In this document: positions 36,291-49,480 of the stretch, piece after piece | Layout of the letters: each line of letters begins with the position of its first letter | How positions within the stretch are numbered: the stretch's first letter is position 1 | Notes under the pieces: model-generated | Told to the model about the DNA's origin: nothing | Databases searched by the model: none | The model's input: only the letters and a program-made list of their open reading frames with translations | DNA from: Octopus sinensis | Taxonomy: Eukaryota | NCBI RefSeq assembly: GCF_006345805.1 | Contig: NC_043014.1 | Coordinates: 29,512,001 to 29,576,000, forward strand | Direction of reading: 5' to 3' | Length of the DNA: 64,000 nucleotides | Translations under genes and position numbers: made by a program

Positions 36291-36898
36291 ATATATATAT
36301 ATGCTTATATATATACCTACATATATACATACATATTTATATATTTATATATGTATACATCTCTTCCAAAATCAGTGAGATGATAAATATATAACGGACA
36401 ACTGCTACGAAACTTGCAACTTATCTACCCTATTTATGAATTTACATTAATACCAATAATCAATGGTGAACTCGGTTTATGTTTGTAGATGCCCTAACCA
36501 CAATCCGGGAAAGCTAAGGTTTTTATACAAAGAAAAAGAGCGGCTAACACAATTTTACAGATACAATCTGTAAGTGAAACAGGAAATATATGCAAAACTT
36601 TCTTAACGTTCGATATGTAACCATCATCGTTGTTGTTATCCAAACCCCAATAATGGAGCTTTTGATTTTTTGCTAGAAACCAGCTCCCTGATTTTAGAAA
36701 GAATGCTAATAAATAAAAAAAAAGAAAAATATGTACATACATTGAGAAATAATCCATCTGGTACTCTGACAGTTCTATCGCTGCGTTTATCTCTTGCTCT
36801 CCCACTCTCTCTTCCACTACTTTCTCTTTCTGCTTTTGACACTCTCACTACCGCTCTTTAATCTTTTGTATCTTATTCTTCCTTTCTTACATAACCTA

Positions 36899-36953
<55 letters not shown>

Positions 36954-37658
36954 TCAGATACCCAGCCTAACAAAACTATCTGCAGACATTTGCTGATACA
37001 ATAAATTTTATTTATGACACAATAATTCTGTCCAAAAATTTCTACCTCATAAATATTACATTTCATTCTTTATTTCGACGAGAAAAATATGTTTATATAT
37101 TTCTTATTTTGTTCCTTTTTGTGTTTTCCCCCATTTTCTTCCCATTCCAGTTGACAAAAGTTTTACACACACATACATACATACACACATATATATGTAC
37201 ACAACTTAAGTACATAATGCGTATATATGCATGTATAAATGTGTAAATAGATTTACAAGCGCATGTTTGATAAGCATGTATTTAGCTACTTTGAATAAGT
37301 AAAACTGCGATTAAACACAAAACCTTATCTGAAACCGAAATTAAGGACAACGGTGTCTAGATTTTTTTATTGATTTCCATCGTTTCTTCAAGAGAGTTCG
37401 TACGAAATGTAGATAAAAAAAAAGGAAACAAGAGAGAATCTTACACCTACTTATAATAATGGTATGAAAAACCGGCACTGATTTTAGTAACTTATATATC
37501 AGCACTTTTGTTCATGTATTATACACATTTGTTCGTGTATTAAGCAACTAAATAGCTGAGGCAATCTGAATTTGGATAGTGTAAATAATTTCATTTTTTG
37601 ATGCCGTTATTTCCATGTAAATTGAATATATGCATATATATAACTGAATACATCTATA

Positions 37659-37701
<43 letters not shown>

Positions 37702-37706
37702 TATAT

Positions 37707-37750
<44 letters not shown>

Positions 37751-37825
37751 TATAATATATATATATATATGAGTACAAGCATATACACACACACACATAC
37801 ACACACATATAAATAATTTTATACC

Positions 37826-37894
<69 letters not shown>

Positions 37895-37989
37895 ATATAT
37901 ATATATATATATACATACAAGAAGATACTAGAAAAAATCTATTATCTATGAGTATACTTTATTATAAACCAGGTGACTTGAGTGAATGG

Positions 37990-39200
37990 CGTAAGCCCAG
38001 ACTGAAAAATGCTTGAGACCAGTCTGGGGGATAAAACCTTGTTGCTTGTGAGAGACTCTTTGGCATATTTGGGGTGAAATTCCCAACTGAAGACAAAGCC
38101 AAAGTGAGTGCAACTACAACCCTCAAAATTGTTTCCTTGTTGTTAATTTCGACATGCCTCGGACGGAGGGTGGTGAAAATAAAGGTAGCAGAGGTACCTC
38201 CAGAAGTGGACGTGTCTTTGTTTGTGGCAGACAGCCATATTATACGGCAGAGAGAATAAAACGAGCATTCTCCAAGTGCACAAAATGGGAAGAGAAAACT
38301 GGTCAGGCACAGGAATTGAATACAGAACGATCATTTTCCTTAAAGGTGCAGAGCTATTCGTAGCAGTAAAGAGCAGAAAGCTGAGGTTTCTTTAAGACAA
38401 ACCACTTCAAGTCTTTCTGCCCCATGCAAGAAAAGGAAAACCCCCGCTTCCACAGACACTTCTACAGCAACAACAATATCAGCATCAAAAGCAACAGTAG
38501 CATCAGAACCAACAACAACACTAACAGGATCCAAAACAACAACAATATCAACAGAAGGAGCAGCTGGAGAGGTTCATTCAACAATATCCGCAGCAATCTC
38601 CGGTACTACATCTGAGAAAAACAAAAACATCACCTACACCATCGCAACCGAGAAAAGCCTTGATCACACAAGTCGACCAGACAACCGGTTTTGAAATGCC
38701 CTACTGTGCAGACATACCACTTCCTTCTGCTACAGATTTCTCCGACTGTGAGAACTCATCTAGTGAGGACTTTCGGATCGGGGCCCATGGATAATTTCCC
38801 GAAATCCATCACCTGGCCATGCTACGGGTATGAAAATACTGTTAGCTGGGACCTTCCGAAATACGTGCAGAGCGGCGGAACTTTTCTTGACGCTCTCGTT
38901 CCGTGCCCTAGCATTGCTGACATGTGGGTTTATATCGAACACATATAAGACAGATCTAGCTGTTGGGTAAATCCATCGTGAAAATCGTATCACCACCGTT
39001 CTTTGGCCGGGAAGAGCAGGCATTGTTCATCTGTCTGGTGACCTTAGCGAAAGAGGTTTTGAGGTGAACCAGATTGAAATGATTAAACCCTCACTGACTT
39101 TTTCATGTTTATCTTGAAAAATGAAAGTGAGGGTAGAGAGGGAAATGAACGAGCCTACTCTAAACATGCGCTTATAGATTGAAGGAAGAGGATGTGGAAA
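37990..39200 (+). mobile_element. L1/Tx1-like LINE remnant (ORF1 pieces joined to the ORF2 C-terminus)
   Basis: KFPTEDKAK..LGRRVVKIKVAEVPPEVDV (ORF1-like); TFLDALVPCPSIADMWVYIEH (decayed CCHC region); SIVKIVSPPFFGREEQALFICLVTLAKEV. Confidence 0.55.
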
Positions 39201-39344
39201 GGGAACTTGCTCCAGTGGTCAGGTCGACCGTGATTTTGATGAGTTTTCACGAGCAGACGTAAGAAACCTTCTTGGCGGGGGGGGGGGGGTTTCATTCATA
39301 GAATTTACATTGTTATCATGTTTTACTTTTTACACGCTCCTTAT

Positions 39345-40585
39345 CTAAACTCACATTGTATTGCAGAACTGGACAGCCTAGTCCAGTCTATGCAGATTTT
39401 CTCCAAGGATATTAAGATGCAGCGAGTAAGAAAAATATTAGCTTCAACGTTGAATGCCAGAAGCATAATTCGGCAGTAAACTAGCGCACAGTAGTTCGGT
39501 ATGGCGCTGGAATCCTGAAATGGACAAGCTAAAGGAGATGGACAGGAAATCAAAAAAGCTCCTAACGATGCATGGAGCCCATCATCTACGTGCAGACACT
39601 GATCGCCTATACATGAAGAGAGCAAATGGAGGAAGGGGACTGATAAGTGTAGAAAACTGCGTGCGTAGCGAACTCGAGAGCTTAATGAAATACCTAACCC
39701 AAAGTAAGAAAACCTTGATAGAGGAAGTTAGGAACGAGGGAGTATTGAGAGCAAAAAAAAAAGGAAAAACAAAGGAAGAAGTACAAAAAGGACATGTAGA
39801 ATTACACAAGAAGGAACTACACAATCAATTCCAATTACCCATAACAGAAGTTGCTGGAAAAATAGGCTGATAAAAGAAACCTTAAAAAAAAGACACTGAG
39901 AGCACTATACTGGCAGCACAAGACCTGGTGGGTCAACCTGAGAGATGAGCAAGTTTCTCCGCTGTGCCACATCTGCAATAGAGTGGTTAAAACCATTTTC
40001 TATATCACGAATGAATGCTCTAGACCTTCCCAAACCACACATAGTTGTGGCGACACGACCGGGTAACAAAAGTGCTACGGTATGAGCACAAACCGCAAAG
40101 TGTGGAAGAGTCGGAGACTAGCAAATCCCCCTGGGATTTCCCAATCGATACAAACCAGGTGCTAGAGTATAACAGACTGGAGGTAGTGATGATGGACAAG
40201 GTGCATAATATATGCTTATACAGTTGATGTCGCATGCCCCTTTGACCCATGTATAGTCAAGAAGGAAGGCGAAAAGATAAATATAACCCTCTTATGTACG
40301 AAATAGCCCTGCTATGGAAAATGAAGAAGGTGAAGACAGTGCCAATTATTGTTTGATCCTTAGGAACAGTATCAGAAGGCATCAATAGGAATATAGTGTG
40401 CCCAGTAGAACTGTTACAAAAAGTTTGCCTCCTTGGTACAGCCAAAATAATCAGGAAAGTATTAGAAAGCTGAAAAGAACGAATAGCATGGTACCGTAGG
40501 CTGCAGGTAGCAAGCACGCTACGCATGCAAGACTCCAGGAGCTCCAACAAAATATGAGAAAGAGAAAAAACAAATAATGATAATC
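39345..40585 (+). mobile_element. Dong/R4-clade LINE remnant (RT thumb, Zn-knuckle, REL endonuclease, TAA-type tail)
   Basis: MDRKSKKLLTMHGAHHLRADTDRLYMKRANGGRGLISVENC; ESTILAAQD; WDFPIDT..DVACPFD..; VPIIV*SLGTV..LLQKVCLLGTAKIIRKVL. Confidence 0.9.
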
Positions 40586-40633
40586 ATTTCTTTATTGGTC
40601 ACAAGGGTCAAACATAAAACAAATGGGATCGAT

Positions 40634-40664
40634 ACAACAACAACAACAACAACAACAACAATAA

Positions 40665-40747
<83 letters not shown>

Positions 40748-40752
40748 TAATA
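40634..40752. repeat. (CAA)n(TAA)n compound microsatellite
   Basis: Direct reading. Confidence 0.97.
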
Positions 40753-41159
40753 TTGTTATTGCTGTTGTTACCCTTGCAGCTACGAGATCAGTATGCTGCC
40801 AAAATAACATAGTACCCTGTGTCTTATAAATAGACATATTACAATATTTTTCAGCAGAGCACATCTGTTATGCCAACTGACCAGATGTAAACAACAGCCA
40901 AATTCCTTGCCATCCGGTTTCCCCGACATGCCCGCGTCACTTTTCACATCTGTTTACCATTGCACTGTGAACGTTATCATCACATTATATAACCAACAGA
41001 TGTTCAGCTTCTAGCATTCCAACGATTTAATTTCCCATCATTCCTCATACTCGAAACGGTATTATGGGTAGTGTATCTATTTAGCATATTTTTTTTTCTT
41101 ACAGACTGTCTGTCTGTCTATCTATATATCTATAAATCTATACAGACAAGCAGACACAT

Positions 41160-41163
41160 AGGC

Positions 41164-41196
<33 letters not shown>

Positions 41197-41235
41197 TACA
41201 GGCATGCAGGCAGACAGACAAACAGGCAGACAGGC

Positions 41236-41270
<35 letters not shown>

Positions 41271-41305
41271 TAGATAGACATATAGATAGATAGATAGATA
41301 GATAT

Positions 41306-41376
<71 letters not shown>

Positions 41377-41385
41377 TGATACGAT
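41160..41385. repeat. (GACA)n grading into (GATA)n
   Basis: Direct reading. Confidence 0.95.
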
Positions 41386-41619
41386 ATATCATTTATATGG
41401 TTATTATATATGTACCTATGCAAACATATATATTTGTAAATATGCACTTAAGTGGAATTTACTCAACGTTTCAGAGTATATACCCACGCACGCGCTCACA
41501 CATACTCACGCGCGCTCGCGCGTACATATAGTGCGTTTTCAGTTTATCTCTGTTGAAGGAGATTGTCGTATGAAGAATTAGTAATGGTATGGATTTGTTT
41601 ACGACGACTCTAGACTTAC

Positions 41620-41656
41620 CAGAGAATCATCCACATTCTTGACTTTCAGTACCATC
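41620..41656 (-). CDS. Candidate 37-nt exon (MVLKVKNVDDSL)
   Basis: Pyrimidine-rich tract + CACAAAG/ acceptor and CTG/GTAAGT donor; one open frame; no homolog recognised. Confidence 0.3.
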
Positions 41657-41926
41657 CTTTGTGGAATATGCAGGAAGGGAGAGACAGTATCAGGCGAGGA
41701 AAAATACAATAGACTGCTGCAAACTGTGGTGTCTTCTAAGAAGTTTTATCTGGCATAGGCCTTCTCCTCCAGTTTAAACGTTATTGAAATAAACCATTCT
41801 TTTTATCTATATCCTCTTGCTCCACCGTTAGTGACTTGCTGTGGTGTCAGTTGTGTTCAGTCAGAGACCTTTCTTTTACTTGCCACTATGAGTGAGCCAG
41901 GCAGGATTACTAATCTTCCAGGCAAA

Positions 41927-41992
<66 letters not shown>

Positions 41993-41996
<4 letters not shown>

Positions 41997-42150
41997 AGGA
42001 GTGGCTGTGTGGTAAGTAGCTTGCTTACCAACCACATGTTTTTCGGATTCAGTCTCACTGCGTGACACCTTAAGCAAGTGTCTTCTACTAAAGCCCCGGG
42101 CCGACCAAAACCTTGTGAGTGGATTTGGTAGGCGGAAAGAAGCCCGTCGT
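41993..42150 (+). mobile_element. SINE family B, 5' half
   Basis: GCGCAGGAGTGGCTGTGTGGTAAGTAGC..GAAAGAAGCCCGTCGT. Confidence 0.9.
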
Positions 42151-42288
42151 ACACACACACACACACCACACCACACACACATATATATATATATAATATA
42201 TATATATATATATACATTACATACATACTAAAACAACAGTAAAATCATCCCTTACAGGTCAGCCACATTATGTTAGCAAATAGCCTTT

Positions 42289-42323
<35 letters not shown>

Positions 42324-42324
42324 T

Positions 42325-42358
<34 letters not shown>

Positions 42359-42384
42359 CATACATAATACATACATACATACAT

Positions 42385-43890
42385 ACCTGGCTCTTTCTCT
42401 TGCTTTTGCCCACGCTGTCGCACCTTCCCCTCCCTCTCCAGCACTACCATCCTCACTGGCACCCATCAGCACCCCTATCACCTCATCGGCTCTTTTACAT
42501 GTACCTTCGGCAATATCATCTACTGCATCTTCTGTTCTCTCTCTCTCTATGTGTTCTTCCCTGTACATTGATCAAATGGGACGCTGCTTCATCAACCTGC
42601 TCACTGGGCACCTCCAACACATCAAACTCGACAATGACACCCCGGTCACACGTCACTTCTGCTCAACTAGTAATATTCTACAACATTTGTCTGTGTTCGG
42701 ACTGTCTTTGCACAGTGACCACCCGGACTCCCGCCTCTGCCGTAAACAGAAATTGATATCTCTTCATTTCTTTGCTCCTTATGGCCTTAATTCGCCATCT
42801 CTCTTCATCTAAAACCAACCCACACGCTTCCCACATTTAATGCACCTCCCCTGTACACCGCCTACTCAGTAACCTCACCACACACACCATTATACAACCA
42901 CCCATACACACTATTCAACTCAGTACTCACACCACACACCATTTCGCACATACCACACACACTCGCATTAACATGCACTCACACACATCTTCCAATTCCA
43001 CATACACTAGCATCCAACAATTCCCGGTACCCACAGCACACACCATTATGCACACACACTCACACAAACTTACCACTACCCTCACCACACACACTGCTAT
43101 ATGTACACCCCTACACACTATTCAACTTAGCACCCACACCGTACGCCATTATGCACTCTCCCACACACACTCACATGCATATGCACTCACACACACCTTC
43201 CAACTCCACACACACTAGCCTTCCAATGCACATAAACATACACTATACATACGCACGCTATAGGGTCACACACACATGCACTAACACGCACACACATGTG
43301 CACACACCACTCGAACAAGCACACATTAACTGCTACACACGAACATCTGCACACGCGCATACACATACACACCTACTATACACAACTTCACACACATATA
43401 CACACGTCCATATGCACACACACACACAAATACACGGAACACATCACATTATACAATGTACGCATTAAGTTACTTATACACGTACACACACAAGCTCCCA
43501 TACGCGCACACAGGCCCACATAATTTTAAGTTAGCTCACACTTACATTCACACGCGCTCGCCTCCTTTCACACATACACTCCGTTCTTACATACACACAA
43601 ACGATTACGCACCCTACTTCAGTCGAGCCACCGCTAGTATCTCCCCTTCACTCAGCCTATTTCTTCTGGTCATTTCATCATGTTGAGCCGTTAATCCCTA
43701 CACATATTTTTCTCCCTCAGTTTTTTTCGTTCTCTCTCTATTTTTACCTTCTCAACCCTTTCTGTCGAAGAGTGTCGGCTCGAAACATCAAAGACTTTTC
43801 CATTCTTCCCGAGCGTCAAAGTGTTACACATGCTTGTTGTTCCTTCACCTTTCTTCGTCTTTTGTTTGCTGTAAATTTGTTTGCTGTAAA
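42385..43890 (+). mobile_element. Penelope-like element 3' portion: Zn-linker, GIY-YIG remnant, CA-rich spacer, pLTR family 1
   Basis: CRTFPSL..SFTCTFGNIIYCIFC..CSSLYIDQMGR..HLQHIK..PVTRHF..LSVFGL..PYGLN; pLTR at 43690-43890. Confidence 0.85.
43757..43794 (+). ncRNA. Minimal hammerhead-like motif, pLTR family 1 copy 3
   Basis: CCTTT-CTGTCGAA-GAGT gtcg GCTC-GAAA-CAT-C-AAAGA; C17; ACAT is probably CpG-decayed ACGT. Confidence 0.55.
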
Positions 43891-44856
43891 CACACACATA
43901 TACATGTGTATATATATGTGTACTTATATATGTACTTATATATGTGTATATATGTACTTATATATGTGTATATATATGTGTACTTTGTGTATGTACATTA
44001 ATATAACAAATTAACATGACCAGATAATTTTGAATAGTTCAATTTATACTATGATTTCAATAGCATGACAGTTTATTTGCACACAAGGTATTGCATTATT
44101 ATTTTACAAGCTAAATTGCCTACTTTTTCATCAAGCATATATGAGATATCAGAAGACAAAACTCTGGAATATTCATCAGTATTACGACATAGTATACTCC
44201 CCGCCATAGACACGCTGGAAGCTGCAGAACCATGATCATTAAGATCCAAGCTTTTTGATATTTTAATATATATATTTTTACCACACAAGCATATAATCAT
44301 ATACGCACGCATAAACACACACGTGTATATGTATATTAACGCTTCTTTTATGTAGATTTCGAAATTTCGGCTTAATCGCTTTCATCGTTCTGTAAAATAC
44401 TTTCTAAATATGTCTGTCTTTGTATGCATGTATCATGTAATGTATGTATGTATGTATGTATGTATGTTTGTATGTAAATATGTATGTATGTATGTATATA
44501 TGTGTGTATGAGTTAAAAACACGCATACTCTACATATATGTGTAAAACATAAGTTAAGCAGTCCTCCAACCGCTTCCAACATTGAGCTGTACTTAACATG
44601 AAACTTATTTCTAGGTAGGTAGAATGAGCTAACGAGATTTAAAAGTGATAAGAACCAGCAATGTTTCGACTGATCGATGGAAAAGGGGAGTGGATCTGGT
44701 GAGTGAATTAGAAGCAACAATCGCGATAGGACAGTTTGTAAGGGTAAGAAGACAAAAAAGCAGAGGCAAGGTGAAATTGAGTATATGAAGGAAAATCCTA
44801 TAGTGAGGGAATGGGGAAAGTGAGTGTTTATAGAAAGGAAGAAAATGAAAAAGAAA

Positions 44857-45018
44857 GCAGGAGTGGCTGTGTTGTAAGTAGCTTGCTAACTAACCACATG
44901 GTTCCGGTTTCAGTCCCACTGCGTGGCATCTTGGGCAAGTGTCTTCTGCTATAGCCCCGGGCCGACCAATGCCTTGTGAGTGGATTTGGTAGACGGAAAC
45001 TGAAAGAAGCCTGTCGTA

Positions 45019-45065
<47 letters not shown>

Positions 45066-45270
45066 TTGTGTGTCTGTGTTTGTTCCCCTAGCATTGCTTG
45101 ACAACCGATGCTGGTGTGTTTACGTCCCCGTCACTTAGCGGTTCGGCAAAAAAGAGACCGATAGAATAAGTACTGGGCATACAAAGAATAAGTCCCGGGG
45201 TCGAGTTGCTCGATTAAAGGCGGTGCTCCAGCATGGCCGCAGTCAAATGACTGAAACAAGTAAAAGAGAA
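44857..45270 (+). mobile_element. SINE family B, full length, young
   Basis: Near-identical to 14107-14531 on both sides of the internal microsatellite. Confidence 0.95.
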
Positions 45271-45989
45271 AAAGAGAAAGAGAGTTGTGGTAGAAATGGG
45301 TGATTTTAAAGGGTGTTGAGGAAGGAAAAGCGGGTGGACAACAACAATAACAACATCAGCAGCAGCAACAATAATTGCATCTGATTAGGACATAAGGCCA
45401 GCACTTTTGAGGAGGGGGGGGTTTACTTGATAATATTGACGCAATGACAACTAACAGAATACGGATTATGATGGAGAAGATTGAAAGTAAACAGAAGAGC
45501 AAGAATGAAAATAGGAAAATAACAATTATACCACTTGAAGCGGGAATATTACAAACAAAAACTGGAAAGAAAGAAAGAAAGAAAGGAAGAAAGGAAGGAA
45601 GAAAAAGAAAGAAAGAAAGAAAGAAAGAAAGAAGAAAAATAAAGAACGAAAGAAAAGGAGAAGAGAAGAAAGAGTGGTAACCACAATTTGACAAGATGTT
45701 CGGCATGTAAGTGACAGGGAAGAAACTAGGTCAAATCCTGGCGTCTCCAGACTTATTACGTTGCAAACTAGTACCAATTTTTGTCACTATTGAAATTTGG
45801 TACTGATGTACTTTTAGTGACACTTGAACATAGGTTGTCAGCTATTACTTAGGAATTTACTAATAACTAAAAAAAAAATAGTGATAAGAACGTATGCATA
45901 CATACACATGAAAGCAATTTGTGAATACAAACGATTAAACACACACACACACACATGTATATCTATCTACCTATCTGTCTATCTTTTAT

Positions 45990-46100
<111 letters not shown>

Positions 46101-47286
46101 ACTTCAGTATTCAAATTACCCTGTCATATGCAATGCCTATTCATTCACATTGTTTTGAAATAATTATGCATTAGCTTGTAGCTTCAAAATAGTGATATTG
46201 TAATTGTTTATTTTTAAAATTACATTGTATGGTAGGTGTTAAGAGACCAGATCTGGTCGGTTTGAACATAAAACAGGTAGACTATTTGAGCTGGATATGG
46301 CCAGTTTAAATGCTGAAGTTCCCTTTGCAACCATATGGTTTCGAGTGAGCCTTCACTATGCGGTTCTTTGGCACAAAGACATTTACATCAATGTAGACAA
46401 TAAATACGAATATAAATATACCAAATATCATACAAGATAAATTCTTGATTCATCGAAATTATCTTCTCTTCGAGAGAAAAGTTAACTCATGTCTGGTGAT
46501 CATCCGAACACCTCCAAATGGAAAAGGAAGAAGATTTGAAGAATTCTCGGAATTTGACATGCCATTAAGAATTGAAATTGTACATTATTTGATTTATCAT
46601 TGTTCATCTGCATTGTGTGTATTCACGATACTAGCCTCTCTCAGCTAGTTTTCAAACACTATTATCGTTTAACATATACTAGTCACACTAAGCCAGAAAT
46701 GTTTTCTACTCGTTTTCTATAAATCTAAATATTTCATCCGCGTGAATCAAAGTAGAATAGGTGTGCTAATGACGTCTACTGCAACAGAAACCTGTGCCCG
46801 CTAATGTTCTTCGTCAACAGACAATTACACACTCTTTTCCTTAATGGCAAGTCGATTTCAAAGAACATTGCATTCTTGATTCAACCTTCCCTTCTTGTTT
46901 GGAGACGGCCGTAAGAGCCATGAAGCACTTGCTTACTCTTCTCTCGACGGGAAGACAATATTGATAAAGCAAGAACTTATCTTTGGTATTTGGTAAGGGT
47001 TTATTCGTTTTTACACTTACAAGCACACGCGAGCGTACACATATATATGCATGTTTGTGTGCATGTATGTGTGTGTGAGCATGTATGTATGTGTGAGAAT
47101 GTATGTGTGTGCGTTTCTACACACACAAACACAGACACAGCAAAACTCGAATCGTTGTTCTCTGTAAATTACTAATTTGCCAGGAATAGTTTTTACTTTT
47201 CCTCAGAGATGTATATTTTTTATAACTTCGATCGTCGAAGCATAGTGTAAACCATGAAAAGTCACAGCTTGAAAGTTCTGTGAATT

Positions 47287-47996
<710 letters not shown>

Positions 47997-48411
47997 ATAT
48001 ATGAAGGATTCTACCGCCGAAAATGACGTATGAGCGTTCAGATTTTGCCGAACGATCTGCACAAATGATTTGTTTATAGTGATCAAATGTATGTGCCATA
48101 CATTAGCTCACTGCTTCCATCAAATCGACGTTGCCTGAGCAGATGTACCATGTGTCAGGTGTCGAAGTGATCGCAGAGCAACGTGAGACGAAGAGTTTTG
48201 CTCAACAAGCATGTTCCGCTTTAATTCACAGCTCGAACTTCCTGGTTCTTCTAGCCAACTAGCCAACTCTTATACTGCTGAACCCCTTTAGCCTGATTAA
48301 GAAGTTAAAGTTAAGAAATTTTATCTGTGTTTATCTATTCTACTCTTGCTTTAGCACCTTTTCGCTACTAGCATCTTCTCGCTCCCAGCATTTTCTCACT
48401 CTTAGTACATA

Positions 48412-49050
48412 CTAGCAGTATCGCCCGGCGTTGCTCGGGTTTGTAAGGGAAATAACTATATAAGCATTTTTAGAGAGTTATAGCCAAAAAAAATAGCAAA
48501 AAATGCATTAAAAATGGAAAAAATATGATGGTAAATTTTTTTTTAAATCGTTGACTCATCGTAGACATTTTTAGAGAGTTACTTCCCTTATATAATAGCG
48601 AAAAAATGCATTAAAATGGAAAAAAAAACGATGGTAAATTTTTTTTAAATCGTAGACTCATGTAGACGCTTTCTTAGCCATTTCTGTTTTGGTGTCTTCA
48701 AGCCATGAAGTCGTTGTTCTAAAAGAACGCTGGTCTCCTTGACAACGCATTACGACGTTGATTTCCTTACACTCCCTTCCCCACAGGTGCAGGTGTGAGC
48801 GTGGACGCCAACTCCACCGCCATCGACACACGAAAAATTATGCATTAAAATGGAATAAAAAATGATGTTAAATTATTTTTAAAATCGTAGACTCATCGTA
48901 GACGCGCGCTAATACTCAGACGGGCTCGATATGAATCACGACTATAAAACTACCCGAATTTGTTAAACTGCACCGCAAAATGTGGGAGTAGTTAGGAATC
49001 TAAATCGAAGGGGACAGACACTCACACAACTACAGTTTTATATATATAGA
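48412..49050 (-). mobile_element. Complete non-autonomous Helitron (639 bp)
   Basis: Minus strand A|TCTATATATATAAAA at 49050; 3' hairpin CCCG..CGGG, then CTAG|T at 48412; three internal repeats of about 75 bp. Confidence 0.85.
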
Positions 49051-49114
49051 TATACATAGCGCAGTAGTGGTGAGATGTGACAGCAAAGAAAAGCATACAT
49101 TCACTCTCTGCATG

Positions 49115-49480
49115 CAATTAGACTCGGAAAGTTCGTGGGAACCCATTGACCCCAATTTGCTGACTTTTCCGATAGCACACAGGTCTCAATGAATGGTTGA
49201 ATGACCAAATCCAAGCTTCTCTGCTAGTTCCTCAACAGTACGATGAGATTTTGTTCCACAGGGTTTTCAGGATGTCCTTGTCGAGTTCTACAGATCTTTC
49301 AGATGAGGCTCGTCTTTCTAGGCTGTAGTTTATGGCTCAATTTCTGAACACATTGACACTGCCTTACGCTATTGTCCAATCCCCATATACTGCATTTGCG
49401 TTGTTGTCTTTGAACTCATAAGCAAAATATGCCAAATATGCTACTTCCAACATAGCTTTGAAAAAAATAGCTGTTAAATG
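49115..49480 (-). mobile_element. Mariner transposase N-terminal remnant
   Basis: Manual translation: ERSVELDKDILKTL..TVEELAEKLGFGHSTIH*DLCAIGKVSKLGQWVPHELSES. Confidence 0.85.

Noticed and set aside
38340-38700. Q/T/N-rich reading frames suggesting a low-complexity host protein
   Set aside because: Sits between Tx1-like ORF1 and ORF2 fragments and is interrupted by stops
44351-44400. Minus-strand CGATGAA-AGC..GCC-GAAA-TTTC, hammerhead-like
   Set aside because: Core, helix II base pair and helix I are all imperfect
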